From: Promethearchaeota archaeon
Lineage (GTDB): Archaea; Asgardarchaeota; Lokiarchaeia; Sigyniarchaeales; SOKP01
Reading direction: 5' to 3'
Assembly: GCA_048938025.1 (NCBI GenBank)
Contig: JBHLMP010000001.1
Location: forward strand, 32,001-96,000
Length of the DNA: 64,000 bases
Shown: piece by piece, positions 31,680 through 40,901 of the stretch
How the letters are laid out: each line of letters starts with the position of its first letter
Position numbering within the stretch: the stretch's first letter is position 1
Translations under genes and position numbers: made by a program
Notes under the pieces: model-generated
Told to the model about the DNA's origin: nothing
Databases searched by the model: none
Seen by the model: only the letters and a program-made list of their open reading frames with translations

Positions 31680-32594
31680 GTGTCAAATAAGCTTAATAGA
31701 ATCTATATAGGGGCTATTTGCAATCGCGATCTTGAAGTTTTCGAACAGATCAAGAAATTCTTAAGTAAAAATTACAATATCTCAATTGTGAACCTATATA
31801 GAGAAGGCACTGAAGCTTCCATTGCCAAGTATATTAAAAAAAAGCTAAAAAAATACCCTATTTCATTGATCATAATTAAATTGTTATCAGAGGATTCTAA
31901 TCAAGTAATATACAATGCACTTGATAAAATTGCTTCAAAGATTCCATTATTAAATAGTCTTAAATCGGTTAAAACTTGTGAAAGTAGAAGAGAAACATTT
32001 AGATTAATTGAGCAAAAATGTAAGAAATTAAAAATTCCACAGCCTTTTCACTCTACTTATGCTGCTTATAAGGCTTGTTCTAATGGGAAAAAAATAATAA
32101 TTAAATTAGACACTCATAACATACCCAATTTGCCAAAGAATGATAGAATTATAGGAATTGCTAAAAATGCAAAACAATTCAAAAATTTAATAAAAGAACA
32201 TAAAGAATCTTCGTTATTTTTCCAAGAATATTTAGGTAAACCCGATATAATATACAAGATATATGTTATAGATCGTTGGGCTGTTTCTATTACTTCACAT
32301 AATCGATTACAACTAAATGAAAACTTATCTCCATTAGATTTAATACATATTAGGGTTCCCATTGAAAAACAGCTAAAAAGAAGAATTTTAAGATTAGGTA
32401 GAACCTTACGAATGCCAATTTTTGGTATAGATTATATAATAAATAAAGATGGCGAACCTTATGTTGTAGATATTAATGATTTTCCAAGTTTTAGGAGCAT
32501 TCCTGAAGCAGTAAGCTTAATTTCAGATTATATTTATAATATTATAGTTACAAGACCAGAACTGTTAAAAGTTCCGGCAAAAGTGAAGGGATAA
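31680..32594 (+). CDS. ATP-grasp protein, ITPK1-like inositol phosphate kinase (paralog 3)
   Basis: FQEYL, YKIYVI, IFGIDYII, YVVDINDFPSF. Confidence 0.78.
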   Translation: MSNKLNRIYIGAICNRDLEVFEQIKKFLSKNYNISIVNLYREGTEASIAKYIKKKLKKYPISLIIIKLLSEDSNQVIYNALDKIASKIPLLNSLKSVKTCESRRETFRLIEQKCKKLKIPQPFHSTYAAYKACSNGKKIIIKLDTHNIPNLPKNDRIIGIAKNAKQFKNLIKEHKESSLFFQEYLGKPDIIYKIYVIDRWAVSITSHNRLQLNENLSPLDLIHIRVPIEKQLKRRILRLGRTLRMPIFGIDYIINKDGEPYVVDINDFPSFRSIPEAVSLISDYIYNIIVTRPELLKVPAKVKG

Positions 32595-32638
32595 GATTAG
32601 AATTTAAGAATTAGCAAAATTCAAGTTATTTTACTATT

Positions 32639-33733
32639 TTATCGCTCCCTTTTATTTTCAATAAACTCTACTAAGCGTTCTTTAGCGATAAAATCTTCTA
32701 ATTGCTCTGGTGGATGCTTCATAAAGAAAGAACAAGCTGTTTCTAACACACCACTAACATTCCTATCTCTGGCAATTTTTGAAATTCTTATGCAATCAGC
32801 TATGATTCCAGCAGAATTATTTCCATCTTCAACAAACATCGTAAGATCAACTCTCACAGGAGCACCACCAAATATTCGTCCTTCAAGTCTCATATAAGCT
32901 TCTTTTTGATTTTTTAAAAAGGGGATATAATCAACAGCAGATATCTGACATTCAACGGTATCTTTATTTTGGAGCTTTGCTATAACCGCTTCTGTTTTCG
33001 ATTCACGTTTTCCTTCTTCATATACTAATTCACCATCTGGTTTATGAGTTAAAAGATTGCAAAAATCACTACAACCACCCCAATCTAATTGAATAGTACG
33101 ATCTAATATTGCGCCCCGCATGGGAAAAAGATTTGCTAAAGAACGATGGATGATTGTTGCACCAATTTGAGATTTTACATCATCTCCTATTATTGTTAGA
33201 TTTAAGCTCTCTGCTTTTTTAATTATTTCTGGATCTTTTGCAACATATGAGGGCATACCATTAACTACACATGCCCCTGCTTCAAGAGCTGACATGGCAT
33301 AAAATTTAACAGCTTTATGTGCTCCAGTGGGAAGGAGTATAACTGCTATATTAACATCTCGATCTTTCATTTCTCTTACAACATCAACAGGTTCTTGACT
33401 ACTGGATACTGGAACAATATTTTTAATATTACTATTTAAACCATCCATTATAGGGCCTTTTAATATTGGAGCCTCCAAGAAATCAGGTTGATAAAGTTTC
33501 ATATTACAATTAGGCTCTGCAAAAATTGCTTCACTCATGTCCTTTCCTACTTTATTTGTATTTACATCAAATCCAAGTACAAAATTAATATCATCTATAT
33601 TGTATTCCTTTATTTCAGGTAATAATCCAATAATTTTGTTAGGATTTTTTTTGTAGTTTTCAGTTCCTTGCACTAACGCACTAGCAACATCCCCAAAACC
33701 AATGATACATGTATTTATTTTTTTATTCGCCAT
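32639..33733 (-). CDS. ino1: Myo-inositol-1-phosphate synthase
   Basis: IIGFGDVASALVQG, FDV...KVGKD, GDDVKSQIGATIIHR, KRESKT, YIPFLKNQK, NSAG, FMKHPP. Confidence 0.93.
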   Translation of the reverse strand: MANKKINTCIIGFGDVASALVQGTENYKKNPNKIIGLLPEIKEYNIDDINFVLGFDVNTNKVGKDMSEAIFAEPNCNMKLYQPDFLEAPILKGPIMDGLNSNIKNIVPVSSSQEPVDVVREMKDRDVNIAVILLPTGAHKAVKFYAMSALEAGACVVNGMPSYVAKDPEIIKKAESLNLTIIGDDVKSQIGATIIHRSLANLFPMRGAILDRTIQLDWGGCSDFCNLLTHKPDGELVYEEGKRESKTEAVIAKLQNKDTVECQISAVDYIPFLKNQKEAYMRLEGRIFGGAPVRVDLTMFVEDGNNSAGIIADCIRISKIARDRNVSGVLETACSFFMKHPPEQLEDFIAKERLVEFIENKRER

Positions 33734-33876
33734 GATATTCTTAATATAAAATTATTATATTTAAATCATTTTAAATTGAAGCGATCTCTATATATGTTAT
33801 CAATTGTTGAATGACGTTTACATTTTATCAATTTCAACAATATTTAAGAAGATTCATTACAAATACAATATAAAAA

Positions 33877-34770
33877 ATGGCTAAAAAATTAATTTTTTCA
33901 GCAGTTAAGGATCATGAAGTTATCAAAAAGGTTATTAAGAACTTAAGAAATGATTATGAAATTTCATTAAAGTTCCATGATCCAACAGAAGACTTTCTTG
34001 ATTTAGAGAAAATTTCTGATTTATTCGAAGATATTGATTTATTAATTGTAAAAGTAAGAAGTGAATGTTCAATAGATTTACTCCATCTTGCTAAATTATA
34101 TCAAATACCTATTTTGCATGATATTGATACTGTTTTGATGTGTAAGAATAAAATTGCTCTTGATTTAGCAATCAGAAAGATTTTAAAAGAAAATTCAGAT
34201 GTCTTAAATCACTTTTCAATTCCTAAATCATGGACACATTCCCTTAAAAACATAGATAGATTTAAAGAATGGGCTTTACCAAAATTGCCTATTGTTATAA
34301 AAAGTCATTATCAACATGATAAATATAATAGATTTAATTTTTTGGTTCAAAAAATTGGAGAAGTTGAAAAATTTTGTGAAAGATATAAAATTTTCTTATT
34401 TTATGATGTATACATTCAGGAGTTTATTAAATGCGACGGTATGGAATATAAAGTATATGTTATTGGAGATAAAATTTATGGAATTGAAAGGGAAAATCCA
34501 TTATATATATATTTGAGAGAAAAGCCAGAGGAAATCGATGTGGAAAAGTTGAAAAGAAAACAATTTAAAATTTCTGATGATATAAGAATTTTAGCCGAAA
34601 TCCTTTCAAAAGAATTAAATTTAAAAATTTTTGGATTTGATTTAATTAAGCCAATTAATCTTGAAAAATATTATATTATTGACTTAAATGATTTTCCGAG
34701 CTTTAAAGGAATTCAGAATGTAGAAAATACTATAGTAGCCTATATTAAAAATTATTTATTCAAGAATTAA
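33877..34770 (+). CDS. ATP-grasp protein, ITPK1-like inositol phosphate kinase (paralog 4)
   Basis: LPIVIK, IQEFI, YKVYVIGDKI, IFGFDLI, YIIDLNDFPSFKGI. Confidence 0.8.
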   Translation: MAKKLIFSAVKDHEVIKKVIKNLRNDYEISLKFHDPTEDFLDLEKISDLFEDIDLLIVKVRSECSIDLLHLAKLYQIPILHDIDTVLMCKNKIALDLAIRKILKENSDVLNHFSIPKSWTHSLKNIDRFKEWALPKLPIVIKSHYQHDKYNRFNFLVQKIGEVEKFCERYKIFLFYDVYIQEFIKCDGMEYKVYVIGDKIYGIERENPLYIYLREKPEEIDVEKLKRKQFKISDDIRILAEILSKELNLKIFGFDLIKPINLEKYYIIDLNDFPSFKGIQNVENTIVAYIKNYLFKN

Positions 34771-35621
34771 GCCATTGAAGTTATTATTAAAACTGGTAAT
34801 ACTATAGCATAAGTAATTATCCCATACATAACGCAGAAATATCCGAATTGAACCTTTTTTGCTAATTTTAATAAAATTTCAATTGAAATATATCCTACGC
34901 CAAAACTGACAATTGTGATAACAGCAATAGTTAATAAATCAAGAGTGCCAAATACAGAACCTTCGCCAAAAATAATATCTACACCAATAGAAGCAAAAAC
35001 AACAGGAACTGACATTAAAAAGCTTAATTTCAAAGCATTTTCTTGATTATATTTTTCATATATTATCGTTGAGACTGTAACTCCTGAACGTGAAACCCCA
35101 GGTAATATGGAGACTCCTTGAGTTAGACCTGATAAAAAGCTATCTTTTATGATTTGATCTTTTGAAACATCAGTAATAGCATTATCACCAAAAGTTTTTT
35201 TAGCTTTTAATAAAATTACTCCAGTAACAATTAATAAGCCAGAAATTACCAAAGTAATTACATCTCCTTGGAAAGCAGTAAATCTAGCAATAATTAAAAC
35301 TTTTAATAAGAAATAAAGAGGTATTGCGGTAATTGCCGTACCAATTGTAGCATAAATAAGCCAATTTCTTTTCTTTATATCGATATCGTCTATACCATCA
35401 GTTTTAGGCATAAATGATTTAAAAACACTAATAAAATCTGTTCGAAATTTAAATATAACAGCTAAAGTTGTTCCTAGATGTAACCATATGGCAAGACTAA
35501 AGGCTTCTTCGGGAGAAATGTTGAAGAAATTAATAGAAAATATCATAACTTGTCCTGATGATGAGATAGGAAGCCATTCAAATAAGCCCTGTAAAATTGC
35601 GATAATTATATATTCAATCAT
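34767..35621 (-). CDS. uppP: Undecaprenyl-diphosphate phosphatase (BacA family)
   Basis: QGLFEWLPISSSG, HLGT, PGVSRSGVT, SFLMSVP. Confidence 0.92.
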   Translation of the reverse strand: MIEYIIIAILQGLFEWLPISSSGQVMIFSINFFNISPEEAFSLAIWLHLGTTLAVIFKFRTDFISVFKSFMPKTDGIDDIDIKKRNWLIYATIGTAITAIPLYFLLKVLIIARFTAFQGDVITLVISGLLIVTGVILLKAKKTFGDNAITDVSKDQIIKDSFLSGLTQGVSILPGVSRSGVTVSTIIYEKYNQENALKLSFLMSVPVVFASIGVDIIFGEGSVFGTLDLLTIAVITIVSFGVGYISIEILLKLAKKVQFGYFCVMYGIITYAIVLPVLIITSMA

Positions 35622-35624
35622 CGT

Positions 35625-36104
35625 TTAAAATGAATATTTGTTTAATCCTTTCAATAAAGAATCAATAATCTCATCACGAGCAATTCTAAATCCCTCAATT
35701 TCTTTCATTGATGGATCTTCAATATCCCCATTTAACCCCGAGAATTCTTTTAAAGTTAAAATTTCCTTATTACCAGTATCAATAAATTCCATAAGCTCTT
35801 TTTTATGCTTTTCTGTCAAAGTGAAAATCAAATCTGCATTGATAATTAATTCTGGGTGTTTTTTCAAATCGATTGATATAGAATTATCAGACAATTTAAT
35901 TCCAATCTCCTTCATAACTAATTTTGCATCCATTGATATAAGCATTCCCTCTCTAGCATGAGAAGAAATCCCTCCAGATTTAACCTCAACATCTAAATCA
36001 TGTTTAGAAAAGAAATTTTTTAAAAACCCTTCAGCCATCCGGCTTCTTGCAGTATTTACACTACAGACAACTAAAATTGATTTATAAGGAAATTTTATAA
36101 CCAT
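35625..36104 (-). CDS. Low-molecular-weight protein phosphatase (LMW-PTP/ArsC fold)
   Basis: VCSVNTARSRMAE (CX5R), DIEDP. Confidence 0.88.
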   Translation of the reverse strand: MVIKFPYKSILVVCSVNTARSRMAEGFLKNFFSKHDLDVEVKSGGISSHAREGMLISMDAKLVMKEIGIKLSDNSISIDLKKHPELIINADLIFTLTEKHKKELMEFIDTGNKEILTLKEFSGLNGDIEDPSMKEIEGFRIARDEIIDSLLKGLNKYSF

Positions 36105-36144
36105 TATTTAAATTAAAAGATAGATGTAAAAAAATTATTATTAT

Positions 36145-36819
36145 TTAAGAAAAACTCTTCTTATTCACGAATTTTACTCCTTTTTTTTGCATACTTTTTA
36201 ATGAATTTAATATATTCCCTGGGGGGAGATCAACTCCTCTCGTTAAATCCGCTATGAAGTAAACATCATATCCAAAATCTACTCCATCTAGAGCAGTGAA
36301 ATAACAACAATAATCTAATGCTAATCCACAGACGAAAATTCTCTTAATATTTAATGATTCTAAATATTTTCTTAATCCAGTTTCAGACTTTTTATCATTA
36401 TCCTGAAAACCAGAATAACTATCAACTTTGGGCTTCATCCCTTTTTGGAATATTTTGTTTGCTAAATTTACGTTCAGATTTTTATGAAATTCAGCGCCTC
36501 TTGTACCTTGAACACAATGATCAGGCCATAAAACAGGTCCTATAGCAGCATCTTCAGAGATATATTCATCACCTGGATTTTTTCCGGGATGATTGCTAGC
36601 AAATGATAAATGATTTTGAGGATGCCAATCTTGTGTTAATACAATTAATGCTTTATTGTTTTTAAAAATCTCAGCAATTATATTAATATCCTCAATTATC
36701 AAATCTCCTTCCTCAACTGGTAATGAACCCCCTGGAATAAAATCATTTTGCATATCAACTATTATTAATACATCGTTTCCATCAATCTGAATGTTTTTTT
36801 CAAACTTTAATTTTTCCAT
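36145..36819 (-). CDS. pncA: Nicotinamidase/pyrazinamidase
   Basis: VDMQNDF.PGGSL, TQDWHP..H.SF, WPDHCVQGT, DSYSGF, GLALDYC; ATG 36819 lies 8 nt after GGTG. Confidence 0.93.
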   Translation of the reverse strand: MEKLKFEKNIQIDGNDVLIIVDMQNDFIPGGSLPVEEGDLIIEDINIIAEIFKNNKALIVLTQDWHPQNHLSFASNHPGKNPGDEYISEDAAIGPVLWPDHCVQGTRGAEFHKNLNVNLANKIFQKGMKPKVDSYSGFQDNDKKSETGLRKYLESLNIKRIFVCGLALDYCCYFTALDGVDFGYDVYFIADLTRGVDLPPGNILNSLKSMQKKGVKFVNKKSFS

Positions 36820-36846
36820 AATACACACACCTTATCAATATAATAA

Positions 36847-37524
36847 TTAAATTTTTTTATATAACAAATAACACGAATTAATTAATAACCAAAATAAGAT
36901 ACCAAAATGAACTATCCATTCAGTTGTTGGCATAATTGTATATACTGCTCTACCAAAATTATAACACAAGTCAGGATAATAATTACAAAAATTAGTTGTA
37001 AAAAATGGTATTAGGTAAAAAATAAAAATCCCTGCTACAATATAACTTATAATTGTTTGCATTTTTGAAAAATTTGGATTTTTACTCATCATAATACTAA
37101 ATATAGTTAAGAATATTGATGCTCCCATCCAACTTAGAAGTGCAAATAATCCGTGTAAGGAACTAATAAATTCATTTACTCCTGTGAAGCTTTCAGTTAG
37201 AACAGTAGTTATAGAAGAAAAGATTGACGTATATAAACCAATTTTTATTAAATATCCATTTACATTTTCATTCTTGAGGCATCTCACAAAATATATTAGA
37301 AAGGGAATTGAAGTAATACCAAAAAGAATTATTCCGATTCTTAAGTAAATTCCTCCTGTTTGGTGACCTAATATACTTATTGATTTCTGCCAAAAGATAT
37401 ATTCTGGAGATAATAAAAGAGCTAAAATAGTACCAAAAAACCCGAAAATAAATGCTAATATTCCAAAAAAGTATCCCGGTGCATGATTAAAGAGTTTATC
37501 AAAAAAATCATAAACTTTCTTCAT
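36847..37524 (-). CDS. DUF998-like membrane protein
   Basis: SISILG, LHGLFA, EW motifs; 5-6 TM; paralog of next gene. Confidence 0.65.
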   Translation of the reverse strand: MKKVYDFFDKLFNHAPGYFFGILAFIFGFFGTILALLLSPEYIFWQKSISILGHQTGGIYLRIGIILFGITSIPFLIYFVRCLKNENVNGYLIKIGLYTSIFSSITTVLTESFTGVNEFISSLHGLFALLSWMGASIFLTIFSIMMSKNPNFSKMQTIISYIVAGIFIFYLIPFFTTNFCNYYPDLCYNFGRAVYTIMPTTEWIVHFGILFWLLINSCYLLYKKI

Positions 37525-37600
37525 AATTATTCTCCAAGATTTTATAATTTAAAAAAATTTACATAAGAAACTAATAAAATACATAACAAAACAATTGAAA

Positions 37601-38251
37601 TTAAATTTTTTTATAAATCATATAAGTCGATATAATAAAATACCAAAGAATAATAGCAAAAGTGTCTATCCACTCTATAGAAGGTAAAATTATTACTAGA
37701 AAATTTGTTGCCTTAAAAAAATGCAAAATAAAAATGATTAGTAATACTAATAGAAGAAATGATACAATAAACCCTAAATATGCTAAATTCTTTGAAAATT
37801 TTGAATCCTTCATGATTAATAGACTAAAAAGCGAAATGTATAATAATCCAAAAAGCCAACTAATAAACGCAAAAGTACCATGTATTAGCGCAACTATAGG
37901 ATTTGAACCACAAAAACCACCTAAAATTACTAAACTCGCACAAGAAACCAGTGCAATAAGTATTGTGTTTTTCCGGAGTTTTTCATTAATTCCATCTTCA
38001 TCAAACGTTCTCCCTAAAGCAATAACAAACAGTATTGCGAATATCCCAGAAAATACTGATCCAATTTGAAAATAAATTCCTCCAGGACCTTTACATAAAT
38101 AACTTACCGCTTTTTTCGTAAAATCATAACCCGGAAAAAGTAAAAATGCTATTATATCACCAGTAATTCCAAATATAATTGATAATAGACCAAATACCCC
38201 TCCTGAAACAGATTGTAGAATTTTATTAATGACTGAATTTAGTCCTTTCAA
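37601..38251 (-). CDS. DUF998-like membrane protein (tandem paralog)
   Basis: PGYDF...AVSYL, IHGTFA, IEW; shared C-terminus YKKI. Confidence 0.65.
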   Translation of the reverse strand: MKGLNSVINKILQSVSGGVFGLLSIIFGITGDIIAFLLFPGYDFTKKAVSYLCKGPGGIYFQIGSVFSGIFAILFVIALGRTFDEDGINEKLRKNTILIALVSCASLVILGGFCGSNPIVALIHGTFAFISWLFGLLYISLFSLLIMKDSKFSKNLAYLGFIVSFLLLVLLIIFILHFFKATNFLVIILPSIEWIDTFAIILWYFIISTYMIYKKI

Positions 38252-38408
38252 CGTTAATCATTTTGATAAATATTTTAAATATAAAAAACTAATCGAATCC
38301 TTTTCTAGAAAAATGTCAAATTAAACCAGATTAGGGGATCATGCATGAATCCAAAAAGATTAAATTTAACACTCTAATTATATTTATTAAACTATTGATA
38401 CTAAATTT

Positions 38409-38504
38409 GCGCTCGTAGTATAGATTCTGTAAAAAATCAGAAGTATAATGGTAGAATCTCGGATTCCCATTCCGAGGACCCGGGTTCAATTCCCGGCGGG
38501 CGCA
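38409..38504 (+). tRNA. tRNA-Gly(CCC) with 25-nt intron at position 15/16 (38424-38448)
   Basis: Acceptor GCGCTCG/CGGGCGC-A; anticodon arm TCGGA-TTCCCAT-TCCGA; T arm CCGGG-TTCAATT-CCCGG; removing the intron gives 71 nt. Confidence 0.92.
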
Positions 38505-38516
38505 CTTTCAACTATT

Positions 38517-40703
38517 TTACCATGATAATCCTTTTATAAAGCGTAAATTATCAATGATTTTTTTTGCCTTTTGGATAGGTACTTCCATAAAAGCATAAAA
38601 TTCATTTTGCCAGAATGCCTTTCCAGAGGTAGTTGATCGTATATCTTCAGCGAATTTTATTGAATTCCTAACAGGAATTAATATCTCGATAATAGCTTGA
38701 TAATCCTTTTCCTGATCTATACTTTTTATTTTAGCAGAAAATTTTGAAAGTAAGGTAGTTACAACTTTAATATAATCTGGAGGAAGTTGGATAATAGAAT
38801 GATATATAGGTTCTAATAGGATTATTTCAGCTTCATTTAAACCATTTTTAATTGCATCGTAGAACATGGCAGATAATTCAGAAAAAGCATTTTCTTCACT
38901 AGTTTTTTCAATTATTAGATCAGAAATAATAATTTTAGTTTCTGCTAGCTTTTCTCCACATAAGGGACCATATAAGCTTATTTTTTCAAGGATTTCAAGA
39001 ATTAGATTTTTGTAAAACTCATTTAATTCAGGTTCACATTGATATATTAAAACGTTCTGGTCATCATCACATTTCCAGAATTGTTTAATCTCAATATCAG
39101 ACAAGTTAGTTTTTTCTTTTAAGATTTCTTTTAATTTATTAAAAGGTTTTATTGTTTTATAATCAATATTTTGAAAAAACCTTACTGTTTTATTATCTAA
39201 TCTTTCAATTATCAATTCTAAGGAACAATGACCATTAGGAGATATCGCTTTAATTAGAGAGGATTTATATCTACAGGACTCCTTAAAGACAGCCCTAGGT
39301 TCCGATATTGAAACATTTACACCTCGCTTTTCAATTTCATGAGCACTAACTTCAAGATGTAATGGACCCATTCCAGATAGTAAAAATTCTCCATTTTCTT
39401 CATTAATCTCGAATTTCAAATTAGGATCTTCTATTAGTAAATTTTCAATAAGTATTTTCATCTTGTCTAAATCTCTCAAATACTCAGGTTCAATGGATAC
39501 AGTAACAACTGGAGTAGTTACATACTTAACACTCTCAAATGGGACCATATTGTCGGTATAATCACTTTCTATAATAGTTTCACCACTTTTAATTTTCTTA
39601 AGTCCTTCGATAGCAACTATATTTCCAACAGGTATTCTATCTACTTGTTCTCTTCGCTGACCCATAAAGATTGCAATTCTTTGTATTGTTTCATAGTTAT
39701 TCTCTCCTAATAAAAAAACTTCATTCTTTTTTACACAATTTCCTGAAAAAATTCTTCCTGTTGCAACTAAACCATGCTTGTCAACCTGAACTTTACTTAG
39801 ACATATAATTAAAGGACCTTCAGGATCACAATTAACCATTTTCTGACCTAACTTGGAATTAATATCACCATCCCAAATTTTAGCAATCCTATATTTCTGC
39901 GCATCTATAGGATTAGGTAGATGGTCAACAACCATTTCCAATATAGCTTTATGAATTGGAAAATAAATAGCTAAATCTGTATAACTCTCCTTAGAATATG
40001 TATCTTTATTATATCTCTCTCTAATATCTTTAAACTTAATATCACTTTTTTCTAAAATACCTAGGGTAAAACCCCATTTATGAAGAGCTGAACCAAATGC
40101 AACATTTCCAGCTAAAGGAGAAACTTTCCATCTTTTATTATAAGGATGTTCAGCATGTCTTTCAATAAGAATATTAAAACTTTTAATTATTCTAATGTAT
40201 TTTTTTTTAATTTCTTCATCTGAAAGTTTTAACTCTCGAATTAGTCTGTCTACTTTATTGATAAAGAGAACTGGTCTTACTCCTTCTTGTAATGCTTGTT
40301 TAATTACTGTTTCAGATTGGGTAATTATTTCTTCAACAGCATCCACAACTACAATAACTCCATCGATTAACCTTAAAGCACGAGTTACTTTTCCACTAAA
40401 ATCTAAATGACCGGGAGTATCTACTAAATTTATCAGGAAAGGTTCATATCCTTCAAGAGATTCATAATACAAGGAAATATTAGCAGATTTCATTGTGATT
40501 CCACGTTTCTGTTCTTCTTCCAAAAAATCTAAGGCTCTAGCTTCACCAGCCAAATCTGGTGATAAGAATCCAGCTTCACTTAGAAGGGAATCGGATAATG
40601 TAGTTTTACCATGATCTATATGACCAACTAATCCTATATTACGAATATTTTGAGGTCTTTCCATTAAACCCAGAATTTCTACAATCTCCTTTCGGCGTGG
40701 CAT
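38517..40703 (-). CDS. Elongation factor 2 paralog (aEF-2p-like) lacking the diphthamide loop
   Basis: GHIDHGKTT, RGITMKS, DTPGHLDF, NKVD, GMGPLHLE, LLEP; no HxDxxHRG motif in domain IV. Confidence 0.88.
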   Translation of the reverse strand: MPRRKEIVEILGLMERPQNIRNIGLVGHIDHGKTTLSDSLLSEAGFLSPDLAGEARALDFLEEEQKRGITMKSANISLYYESLEGYEPFLINLVDTPGHLDFSGKVTRALRLIDGVIVVVDAVEEIITQSETVIKQALQEGVRPVLFINKVDRLIRELKLSDEEIKKKYIRIIKSFNILIERHAEHPYNKRWKVSPLAGNVAFGSALHKWGFTLGILEKSDIKFKDIRERYNKDTYSKESYTDLAIYFPIHKAILEMVVDHLPNPIDAQKYRIAKIWDGDINSKLGQKMVNCDPEGPLIICLSKVQVDKHGLVATGRIFSGNCVKKNEVFLLGENNYETIQRIAIFMGQRREQVDRIPVGNIVAIEGLKKIKSGETIIESDYTDNMVPFESVKYVTTPVVTVSIEPEYLRDLDKMKILIENLLIEDPNLKFEINEENGEFLLSGMGPLHLEVSAHEIEKRGVNVSISEPRAVFKESCRYKSSLIKAISPNGHCSLELIIERLDNKTVRFFQNIDYKTIKPFNKLKEILKEKTNLSDIEIKQFWKCDDDQNVLIYQCEPELNEFYKNLILEILEKISLYGPLCGEKLAETKIIISDLIIEKTSEENAFSELSAMFYDAIKNGLNEAEIILLEPIYHSIIQLPPDYIKVVTTLLSKFSAKIKSIDQEKDYQAIIEILIPVRNSIKFAEDIRSTTSGKAFWQNEFYAFMEVPIQKAKKIIDNLRFIKGLSW

Positions 40704-40785
40704 CTTCCATGAATATTTTTCCTATCTTTTATATAGGATTATTATTGATTTGATTAAAATTTTAGTATTATAAATTTAGAATAAG

Positions 40786-40881
40786 GGGAAATGACCTCTC
40801 ATAACTCAAGATCTTCTTCATCTTATTGGTTTTGAAATACCAAAATCAGTTGGGTCAGAGTTTTCAAAAAAGTCATTTCCC
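40786..40881 (-). ncRNA. Candidate structured small RNA or cis-element between purN and the EF-2 paralog
   Basis: Perfect 10-bp terminal stem GGGAAATGAC/GTCATTTCCC with inner CTCT/AGAG and TTGGT/ACCAA pairings; strand inferred. Confidence 0.4.
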
Positions 40882-40901
40882 TAATAATATTTAATTCATA
40901 G

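Noticed and set aside
29849-34770. Four ATP-grasp genes as RimK/LysX ligases or a RiPP (graspetide) cluster
   Set aside because: They have D-x-N rather than E-x-N, carry ITPK1-type YK.Y and FP.F motifs, have no precursor peptide or LysW nearby, and surround ino1.
40786-40881. Hairpin as a SECIS element
   Set aside because: Neither neighbouring gene has an in-frame TGA, and the TGA-ending genes I checked show no credible read-through extension.
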